The notes under the pieces are model-generated. The model did no database searches and was not told the origin of the DNA. It saw nothing but the letters and a program-made list of their open reading frames with translations. Shown here in pieces: positions 16,248 through 22,794 of a stretch of 24,000 nucleotides of DNA. Within the stretch, counting starts at the first letter, position 1; each line of letters opens with the position of its first letter. Position numbers and translations under genes: made by a program. This DNA comes from Methanomassiliicoccales archaeon (lineage in GTDB: Archaea > Thermoplasmatota > Thermoplasmata > SG8-5). The DNA is taken from NCBI GenBank assembly GCA_030636255.1, contig DAOVXH010000004.1, positions 1 through 24,000 on the forward strand. The letters run 5' to 3'.

Positions 16248-17015
16248 ATGATTGATGACGTAGAAGTAACAAGAAAGATTTTCGAACGCTACTCCAGAGA
16301 ATTTCTGGACAATACCCAGGTGGATGTAATTATTGCCGGGGCTGGCCCAGCCGGTCTCACCGCTGCAAGAATACTGGCCAAAGCCGGGAAAAAAATCTTG
16401 ATTGTTGAAAGAAAGCTTGCCCCAGGAGGAGGAATGTGGGGCGGTGGAATGAATTACCCGGTCATTGTCATACAGCCAGAATCAAAACATCTCCTTGATG
16501 GAATCAATATACCAGTTCAGGATGCTGGTGATAATTATTACACTGCAGATTCAGTGGAATGTGTTGCAAAACTTTTGGCCAGCGCAATCGATGCTGGTGC
16601 AAAGGTCTGGAATGCTGTTACAGTCACAGATGTCATGATACGCCAGGAAAAAGTTGCTGGCGTTGTCATAAATTGGACCGGCGTGGACCTCACTGGAATG
16701 CATGTTGACCCATTGACCATCGGTGCAAAATATGTTCTTGATGGTACAGGCCATGATGCCAGCGTCTGCGAGGTTACCCACAGGAAGGCTGGAAAATTGA
16801 ATACACCTAGTGGGGGTGTTGAAGGAGAACGCTCCATGTGGGCCGAAGTGGGTGAGCAGACTGTGGTCGAAAATACCAAGGAAATATACCCTGGCCTCTA
16901 TGTTATTGGCATGGCTGCTAATGCAGTAATGGGAGCCCCAAGAATGGGGCCCATATTCGGCGGCATGCTCCTTTCCGGAGAAAAGGCAGCCAGGGAAATC
17001 CTGGAGAAATTATAG
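16248..17015 (+). CDS. thi4: Thiamine thiazole synthase, Thi4 family (archaeal type)
   Basis: DVIIAGAGPAGLTAARILAKAG is the FAD/NAD fold. Also present: ERKLAPGGGMWGGGM, DGTGHDASV and GMAANAV.GAPRMGPIFGGMLLSG. The start is set at ATG 16248, with GGTG 6 nt upstream; the track start GTG 16239 is possible. The stop overlaps the convergent radical-SAM gene's stop by 6 nt (TTATAG). Confidence 0.85.
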   Translation: MIDDVEVTRKIFERYSREFLDNTQVDVIIAGAGPAGLTAARILAKAGKKILIVERKLAPGGGMWGGGMNYPVIVIQPESKHLLDGINIPVQDAGDNYYTADSVECVAKLLASAIDAGAKVWNAVTVTDVMIRQEKVAGVVINWTGVDLTGMHVDPLTIGAKYVLDGTGHDASVCEVTHRKAGKLNTPSGGVEGERSMWAEVGEQTVVENTKEIYPGLYVIGMAANAVMGAPRMGPIFGGMLLSGEKAAREILEKL

Positions 17016-18071
17016 ACCCAGTTCCTTGGCAACTTCCCTTGCAGTATCTATGAAGCAATAATCACCATTTACACGCTGGAGCCAGCATGCTCCACGGCAC
17101 AGGTCTAAAACGTCACAATCCTTGCAGTCCTGGGGCACATCATCGAAGAGTGTTTCCCTGAATCGGGTGAAGCCCTTCCACCACATGTCTGCTATTGGAA
17201 CTTCCTTGACATTTCCTTCTGAGTATAATTCCGGGAACTCAAGTGCCGGACATCCCATAACCTCTCCGTCTGCCATTATTGTGAATGTGTTCCATCCGCA
17301 ACCGCAGAAGAATGGTGGCCTAATAACGCCATCCAGTGGTCCAAGATAACCGTGACCTTCGCAAACTTCGATATTGTGGCCTTTCTGCTTCATCTCATAG
17401 ACATACTTGAAGACCTTCTTCATTATCACAGGGTCATTCTTCATGCCAACTGCTCGGCCTTCTGGAACTATTGTCTGAATCCTGTGGCGCATACTTCCAT
17501 GTGCTACGCAATCATCGTAAATCAGAGGTATCTCGTCCACATTTTCTTCCATGTAAACTGTTGCTGTTGCAACCACTGGAAGTTCCATCTCTGTGAATAT
17601 ATCCAGGGCTTCCATGGCCTTTGCATAGGCTCCCTTTGTTCCCCTTATCTTGTCGTGATTGTCCCTGTAACCGTCAAGGCTCACCATAACGGAGAATGGC
17701 TCTGCTTCTTCAATCATCTTTCTGTTTTCTTTGATTGCAAATCCATTGGTAACAAAACCAGTCATTATGCCGCGTTCTTTGCATCGCTGCATGACCTCTG
17801 GAAAGTCAGGCCTTAGTATGGCCTCTCCACCGGTCAAGGACAGTACCTTGGTTCCCATCTCTGCCAGTTGGTCAATAACATTCAATATCTGCTCGGTTGT
17901 GAGCTCGTCGGGCTTTGCCTCGTCAGCAGCTGTTCCACAATGCGGGCATTTGAAATTACACTTGTGTGTGGCAATCCACTGGACATAAAATGGTGCCAGT
18001 GTTTTGTTCTCAAACTGCGTTCTGTATTCTTCCTCTGCTCTTATCTGTAAAGGTCTGTCATCATCTTTCAT
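17010..18071 (-). CDS. Radical SAM/SPASM-domain enzyme 2 (no N-terminal peptide-recognition domain); putative peptide maturase
   Basis: The radical SAM motif is C-NFK-C-PH-C, about 38 residues from ATG 18071. The full SPASM pattern is CGWNTFTIMADGEVMGC ... CKDCDVLDLCRGAC ... C. ATG 18071..18069 lies 1 nt after the stop of the upstream radical SAM gene, with GAGAGGGA upstream. The track's longer start at 18146 would overlap that gene by 74 nt. Confidence 0.8.
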   Translation of the reverse strand: MKDDDRPLQIRAEEEYRTQFENKTLAPFYVQWIATHKCNFKCPHCGTAADEAKPDELTTEQILNVIDQLAEMGTKVLSLTGGEAILRPDFPEVMQRCKERGIMTGFVTNGFAIKENRKMIEEAEPFSVMVSLDGYRDNHDKIRGTKGAYAKAMEALDIFTEMELPVVATATVYMEENVDEIPLIYDDCVAHGSMRHRIQTIVPEGRAVGMKNDPVIMKKVFKYVYEMKQKGHNIEVCEGHGYLGPLDGVIRPPFFCGCGWNTFTIMADGEVMGCPALEFPELYSEGNVKEVPIADMWWKGFTRFRETLFDDVPQDCKDCDVLDLCRGACWLQRVNGDYCFIDTAREVAKELGL

Positions 18072-18072
18072 A

Positions 18073-19473
18073 TTAATCCCTCTCTTCAATTTTTTCATTA
18101 GCTTCAAAATCATTGACCATCTTCTGCCAGCGCTGGTCAACGTCATACTTTCTTCCCATCTTTTTCATGGTTGAGGTCCAGATGGATTCTTCAAACAATC
18201 TCTTGTGCATATCACAGAATATATCAGGTGCTCTTATGGTATCATGCTTCGAGTATGCATGCATTCTGCATCCTCCAGCACAATAATAGCGCCACTCACA
18301 GTCAGAACATTCCTCTATGGTCTCCACGCTTGTTTCACGCCATTCATGGAACACCGAAGAATTATCCCAGATGTTTTGAAGGCTATCTTCTCTGATATTG
18401 CCTGCAAGAAACTCTGGAAGCTGTGATGCCTGACATGGATAGATGCTTCCATCGGAGTCCAGGCTGATACTGTTTATTGCAGCACCACAATTATAGCCAT
18501 ATTTAGTAATGACTGGCCCTGCGGCTGACTTCTTATTGTCCAGAGGAACATCTGAGTTTAATTCCCTGCTGGTCTTGTCAATATCCCACCATGCATTCAG
18601 CAGCTCCAATACAGTGGGCTGGCTGCTGTTCTCGCCCTTCCCGATGGCCATCAATGGAGGGCTTTTCACACTGGCAAGGCCGTACTTGTTTGCCACCCTC
18701 ACCAGATGATCCAGTTCATTGCAGTTTTTATTGGTAACCACCGCATTGATATATGGATTGATGCCAGCATTAACAAAGTTCTCTATGGCCTTAATGGCAG
18801 CATCATAGGAACCTTTTCCTCGCATCTCATCGTGTATCTCTCTTGGACCGTCAAGGCTCACCTGTACAGAGCAGAAATTGTTCTTGATTCGCTCTGCCAT
18901 CTCCTCATCTACCAGAATACCATTTGTGGCCATTATTAGTGATATGTCATACTTTTGAGCATGCGCCACAATATCCCAGAAATCCTCCCGCATCAGAGGT
19001 TCACCGCCACTAATGGCGATTGTCTGGTTATCTCCACCCATTTCATGGAACTGATCAATGAAATTGAAAATCTCCTCGGTGGTAAGCTCATTTTCCATTT
19101 CCTGGCCTGCGGTAATGTAGCAGTACTTGCAACGTAAATTACATCTGTGGGTTATATGCATCCAGGCCATCTGAATGGTTATGTCTGGTGGGGTAGCCTC
19201 AAAGGTCACTCCAGAGCCTTCAAGCATTCCCATTCCTTTCAGGGTTTCAATAAGAGCTCCCAGGTCCTTCAATAGTTCCTCTTTTGGCAAATCATACTTC
19301 TGGGCCAAAGAAGAAACAATGTCATCCAGGGAATTCTGGCCGTCCATCATCTCAATGGAAAAAATTGCCTTTTCGAAGGCCACAAACCAATCTGGCTTAT
19401 CCGGGTTCAGGCACAGAAATAAATCCTCGTAATTCTTTATGACTATATCGTCAATAACTTTTGGTCCATTCAA
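18073..19473 (-). CDS. Radical SAM/SPASM-domain enzyme 1 with N-terminal PqqD-like (RRE) extension; putative peptide maturase
   Basis: C111-NLR-C-KY-C is the radical SAM motif. The SPASM pattern is CGAAINSISLDSDGSIYPC ... CSDCEWRYYCAGGC ... C. Residues 1..~95 (..FSIEMMDGQNSLDDIVSSLAQKYDLPKEELLKDLGALIETLKGMGMLEG) resemble PqqD/RiPP-recognition elements. The start is TTG 19473, with GGAGAGGG ending 5 nt upstream. There is no in-frame ATG or GTG after the upstream TAG. Confidence 0.8.
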   Translation of the reverse strand: MNGPKVIDDIVIKNYEDLFLCLNPDKPDWFVAFEKAIFSIEMMDGQNSLDDIVSSLAQKYDLPKEELLKDLGALIETLKGMGMLEGSGVTFEATPPDITIQMAWMHITHRCNLRCKYCYITAGQEMENELTTEEIFNFIDQFHEMGGDNQTIAISGGEPLMREDFWDIVAHAQKYDISLIMATNGILVDEEMAERIKNNFCSVQVSLDGPREIHDEMRGKGSYDAAIKAIENFVNAGINPYINAVVTNKNCNELDHLVRVANKYGLASVKSPPLMAIGKGENSSQPTVLELLNAWWDIDKTSRELNSDVPLDNKKSAAGPVITKYGYNCGAAINSISLDSDGSIYPCQASQLPEFLAGNIREDSLQNIWDNSSVFHEWRETSVETIEECSDCEWRYYCAGGCRMHAYSKHDTIRAPDIFCDMHKRLFEESIWTSTMKKMGRKYDVDQRWQKMVNDFEANEKIEERD

Positions 19474-19503
19474 TTCATCCCTCTCCTAAATATTTTAAAT
19501 ATC

Positions 19504-19550
19504 AAAAATAAATATTAAAAGGGGCTTGAGTGTAAAACACCCACCGCCCC
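19504..19550 (-). terminator. Possible attenuator/partial terminator between precursor ORF and maturase genes
   Basis: Minus-strand RNA is GGGGC-GGUGG-GUGU-UUU-ACAC-UCAA-GCCCC, followed by UUUUAAUAUUUAUUUUU. The hairpin is imperfect, but oligo-U runs alone can terminate archaeal transcription. Confidence 0.3.
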
Positions 19551-19579
19551 AATTTTATGTTTTTTATTCTCTAACGAGT

Positions 19580-19699
19580 TTATGGCTTGACACCAATGAA
19601 AATTCCGTATTTCATTCCAATGTCTGTGCATGGTGGTTTGCCGCCGTTGCAGCCGTTGTAACCACCGGCATTCTCGCTCTGATTTACTATATCGCTCAC
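19580..19699 (-). CDS. Small Cys/Gly-rich peptide, candidate RiPP precursor (39 aa; not in ORF track)
   Basis: The start is GTG 19699..19697, with GGAGGTG (19711..19705) 5 nt upstream. The stop is TAA at 19582..19580. Translation is MSDIVNQSENAGGYNGCNGGKPPCTDIGMKYGIFIGVKP. It lies directly upstream of, and co-directional with, the RRE-bearing radical SAM gene. An in-frame ATG at 19753 would give 57 aa. Confidence 0.6.
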   Translation of the reverse strand: MSDIVNQSENAGGYNGCNGGKPPCTDIGMKYGIFIGVKP

Positions 19700-19763
19700 T
19701 TTTTCACCTCCAACATATTTCGTGGATTGTAGGTTCAATCCTGTCCCTTGCATTGCCCTATCG

Positions 19764-19771
19764 TATATAAA
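19764..19771 (-). promoter_or_regulatory. TATA box (TTTATATA) for the peptide ORF
   Basis: Minus-strand TTTATATA matches the consensus archaeal TATA element. It predicts a transcript start near 19740. That leaves a ~40-nt leader containing the GGAGGTG site. Further TATA-like AT-rich boxes lie at ~19790..19835. Confidence 0.45.
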
Positions 19772-19842
19772 GCTGCCGAAAAATTACTATATAAATTTAA
19801 CTATGATTTGAGCGTGAAATAGAGTATATTATATAAAATGTA

Positions 19843-19867
19843 AAAATAGCCCTCGGAATGCTATTTT
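19843..19867 (-). terminator. Stem-loop plus T-run downstream of the ABC permease gene
   Basis: AAAATAGC-(9 nt loop)-GCTATTTT is a perfect 8-bp stem. On the minus strand it runs into CTATTTTTAC, 23 nt after the permease stop. Confidence 0.4.
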
Positions 19868-19889
19868 ATTTCGTATTTTCATATAATAA

Positions 19890-20783
19890 TCATGCGCCCC
19901 ATTTCGCCAGGTTGCCGTCCCTCTCTGCCTTGTGCATGCCTTTCCTGAACAAGAATATGCCTATTGACAGGAATATAACAGTAAATATCAATAACATGAA
20001 AATATCATTCATTATTATGGGCATGTCCGTGGCCTGATTCATTGCAGGGTTCAGAAGACGCCTGAAGGCATCCAGTGCATATGTATGTGGGAATATTCTG
20101 GACAGGTAGTACATGGGAGGAAATACCTCAAGATATACCTCAGGAGGGAAGAACGAGCCAGAGACAAGGCCAGCAAATGTTGCAAAGAACCAATTAACAG
20201 GTTCAGCGCCACCCTTCACATCCAATAATAGGAAAGTACTGGCTGAGATAAGTCCCAGACCACTTATGGATAAAATTGCAAGTAATAGGACAGTAATCAG
20301 AATAAAAATATTAGATGGCACGGCAATTATGGCACCAAGTAGGGAAACCCCAACAAGAATGTAAAACAGGATATTGAGCGTGGAGGAAATCAGTGCCCTT
20401 ATAAGTACCACAATCAGATAATTGTAGAACTTAACTGGTGATGATAGAATAATCTCCAGCCAGTTATTGAAATATGTCTCGGAAATTACACTACGCACCG
20501 CTATGAGACAAACATTTGCATATGCAAAGAAGGCCACACCAATAAGAACGAATGTAAAGAAATCACCGCCGTACTCTGCAAAATAAGTTGCATCTGGCTG
20601 TATCACATAATTTAGAAAGAAAAATGACAGTATGGCCACAATGGATGAAATAGTTCCAACAATGGCACTTATCTTGAACCTCATCCATAGATAATAATGG
20701 CGGGTGTACATGGCCCTAACAAAGTCTAGCTTACCCCTGAATGACATTGAGGTCTTAACTGGAACAATTGCCTTTTCGCTCAT
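19890..20783 (-). CDS. ABC-2 type transporter permease
   Basis: The 297-aa protein has about six hydrophobic helices and an N-terminal cytoplasmic segment (..FVRAMYTRHYYLWMRFK..) typical of ABC-2 permeases. Its start overlaps the ATPase gene's stop as ATGA. Confidence 0.75.
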   Translation of the reverse strand: MSEKAIVPVKTSMSFRGKLDFVRAMYTRHYYLWMRFKISAIVGTISSIVAILSFFFLNYVIQPDATYFAEYGGDFFTFVLIGVAFFAYANVCLIAVRSVISETYFNNWLEIILSSPVKFYNYLIVVLIRALISSTLNILFYILVGVSLLGAIIAVPSNIFILITVLLLAILSISGLGLISASTFLLLDVKGGAEPVNWFFATFAGLVSGSFFPPEVYLEVFPPMYYLSRIFPHTYALDAFRRLLNPAMNQATDMPIIMNDIFMLLIFTVIFLSIGIFLFRKGMHKAERDGNLAKWGA

Positions 20784-21808
20784 GCCTCACCTCTTTCTTT
20801 CATTACCTGAACAAATATATCATTCAATGTTGGAGTTTGTATATCCACTCTATGAACCTTGCAAAATTCTTTTGAAATGTCAATAATATGTGGAGCTAAG
20901 CGATGCATTTCTTTGCCATAAATCGCAAGTCTGCTGGCCCCAGGAATGATGTCTTCGGGGTCTTTTTGAAACTCAACATGAAGTATCAAATCCAGTCCAA
21001 TTAGCTCTTTGGCCAGGTCTTTGATATTGCCAGATATATCAAGCAATAACAAATCATCTGATAACTGTTTTCTAAGTTCCTCGGCTGTCCCAACCTTCAC
21101 TATCTGGCCCTTGTCTAGAATTACCACTCTATCGCATACCTTCTCTGCTTCCCACAGATTATGTGTTGCCAGGACCACAGTAGTACCTCTCTTGGCCAAA
21201 TTTTCCCTGATAAAATTACGAATAAATTCACTTGAATAGGGGTCAATATTGGTTGTTGGTTCATCAAGCAGATAAATCGGCCTATCAATCATTAAGCATC
21301 TGGCAAGGTTGAGCTTTTGTCTCATTCCTGCACTGAGATTTTCAGTGAACTCTTTCTTTTTGTCACCGAGACCTACCGTGTCCAGTGCCTTGTCGGCTGC
21401 CTTAATTGCCTCATCATGTCTCAGGCCCATGAAAACGCCCCAGAACAGGAGCAGCTTGTCAAGAGGATACTTGTAATCAAAAATGATCCAGCCACCGGCC
21501 CTCAGGAAATTGCAGGAGCAGCGCACTTCATGCCTATCTTCCACAATATCAAGACCATTAACAAGAACTTTACCACTATCTGGGTACAGGAACCCGGCCA
21601 TAACCTTCAACATGGTAGTCTTGCCTGCTCCATTTGGCCCCAAAATACCAATAACCTCGCCTTTTTTCACCTGAAGATTAACACCATCCAGGGCATCAAT
21701 ATATTTTCTCTTGTCCTTGCTCATGCTCTCCTTAAAATTATCCAGCCAGTTATTTTCTGGATCTTTTTTCGGATACCGCTTGTGAAGCCCTCTTATGTCT
21801 ATCATCAT
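20780..21808 (-). CDS. ABC transporter ATP-binding protein
   Basis: Walker A is GPNGAGKTT, the signature is LSAGMRQK, Walker B is IYLLDEPT and the H-loop is ATHNL. The start is set at ATG 21808 (MMIDIRGLHKRY), a typical ABC N-terminus. The track's GTG 21895 start would leave only 39 nt to the divergent gene. The region between Walker A and the signature is divergent; I could not recognise a Q-loop Gln. Confidence 0.8.
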   Translation of the reverse strand: MMIDIRGLHKRYPKKDPENNWLDNFKESMSKDKRKYIDALDGVNLQVKKGEVIGILGPNGAGKTTMLKVMAGFLYPDSGKVLVNGLDIVEDRHEVRCSCNFLRAGGWIIFDYKYPLDKLLLFWGVFMGLRHDEAIKAADKALDTVGLGDKKKEFTENLSAGMRQKLNLARCLMIDRPIYLLDEPTTNIDPYSSEFIRNFIRENLAKRGTTVVLATHNLWEAEKVCDRVVILDKGQIVKVGTAEELRKQLSDDLLLLDISGNIKDLAKELIGLDLILHVEFQKDPEDIIPGASRLAIYGKEMHRLAPHIIDISKEFCKVHRVDIQTPTLNDIFVQVMKERGEA

Positions 21809-21934
21809 TCTTTCGGCCAAATTCCCTTCTCCGTTGAGTGCCGAAATCCGGCCACCTTTAAATTGTTTGTCATTAGTGATAATACTCCACATCACCCCAA
21901 GATTTATAGTGAAGTTGAACTATGGGCTGCCAGC

Positions 21935-22321
21935 ATGACTGATGAAATTGAATATCTAGCCAAACGCATAAGGGATCGACCGGACAATGTTCTTTCGGTT
22001 TCAGATTTAGCTTCCGAGCTACAGCTTCCAGAATTGCAGGTGGCCAGGGATATCAAGGATATTGTCAAGCGCGACGGATTCTTTGACATAGGAGACCACA
22101 GCATCATGTTCACTGGAAATACCGAGCTGGCAGCCTTCGAGATATTCAAGACCGCAGCAGCAAATATCACATTTGACGAGTTCATCAAGCACCAGGAACA
22201 GCCACACCTTCTCATGAGACTCTCCAGGGACAGAACAGTGGCATGCAAGAACAATCCAGAGAAATTACTTCAGGATGCAATAAAAGAGAAGGAAATCAAT
22301 AGGGGGAATACAGTTAGCTAG
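21935..22321 (+). CDS. Small hypothetical protein with probable winged-helix HTH (candidate regulator, divergent from the ABC/radical-SAM cluster)
   Basis: This is the 128-aa C-terminal part of track ORF 21317..22321. The upstream 206 codons are antisense to the ABC ATPase. NVLSVSDLASELQLPELQVARDIKDIVKRDGFF resembles DeoR/HTH_11-type helix-turn-helix segments. ATTTATAG at 21902..21909 would fit a near-leaderless transcript. Confidence 0.45.
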   Translation: MTDEIEYLAKRIRDRPDNVLSVSDLASELQLPELQVARDIKDIVKRDGFFDIGDHSIMFTGNTELAAFEIFKTAAANITFDEFIKHQEQPHLLMRLSRDRTVACKNNPEKLLQDAIKEKEINRGNTVS

Positions 22322-22454
22322 AAGAAGAAGTGCCCCCCCCAGGAAGAGAGGCGCCAAGGCTTATAAAAGACCGCAAAAGAAGGTTCAGACACCAAAGAAG
22401 AGACGGCTTAATCTGAGAAAAACTATAGAGTTCAAGTATGAGCTGGACAAGGTT

Positions 22455-22637
22455 TTGGTAGGACTTGATGAAACAATTATTGGCACACTCAGAGGTTCCA
22501 TATATGCAAAAGCCGATAAAATGGAGCAGACTGTGGCCATAGAGTTCATAGAGTCCAAGGTTGAAGAGAAGATAATTGACAAGGAAATTGGAGATGAACT
22601 TTCCAGGCTTGTTAGAAAATATTGTACCTACCGATAG
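22455..22637 (+). CDS. Small protein of unknown function; minimal TTG-start version of a probably longer basic protein
   Basis: Track ORF (TTG start). The same frame is open from 22284 and encodes a very basic tract (..RKRGAKAYKRPQKKVQTPKKRRLNLRK..). That stretch has no ATG, GTG or TTG. See the C8-tract finding. Confidence 0.4.
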   Translation: MVGLDETIIGTLRGSIYAKADKMEQTVAIEFIESKVEEKIIDKEIGDELSRLVRKYCTYR

Positions 22638-22657
22638 ACTCTATCGATAGTTTTTTT
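22632..22657 (+). terminator. Stem-loop plus T7 run
   Basis: CGATAG-act-CTATCG (22632..22646) overlaps the TAG stop. TTTTTTT follows at 22651..22657. Confidence 0.6.
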
Positions 22658-22754
22658 ATCTCTTGATACTATTACTATACAGTGAGAATGTTAATATCCG
22701 CAAAAGCAAGTTTTGTGGACTGCGCGGAGACCCTTTGGGTCTACGCTGGCCTTA

Positions 22755-22779
22755 ATCAACGATGCGTGGCATCGTTGAT
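22755..22779. promoter_or_regulatory. Perfect 11+11 bp palindrome upstream of the MBL-fold hydrolase gene
   Basis: ATCAACGATGC-gtg-GCATCGTTGAT ends 3 nt before the GGAGGG ribosome-binding site and 15 nt before ATG 22795. Confidence 0.5.
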
Positions 22780-22794
22780 ATTGGAGGGAATACA

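Noticed and set aside
19526-19732. 68-aa plus-strand ORF from the track
   Set aside because: It is antisense to the GGAGGTG-preceded peptide ORF. It has no ribosome-binding site and its orientation opposes the surrounding operon.
19800-19882. 17-codon minus-strand ORF (MKIRNKIAFRGLFLHFI) as a second precursor
   Set aside because: It overlaps the post-permease hairpin and T-run. It has no ribosome-binding site and no Cys or similarity to the 39-aa peptide.
21317-21934. N-terminal 206 codons of the 334-aa plus-strand ORF
   Set aside because: This stretch is the antisense shadow of the ABC ATPase, whose Walker A/B and signature motifs are unambiguous. Only the part from ATG 21935 is kept.
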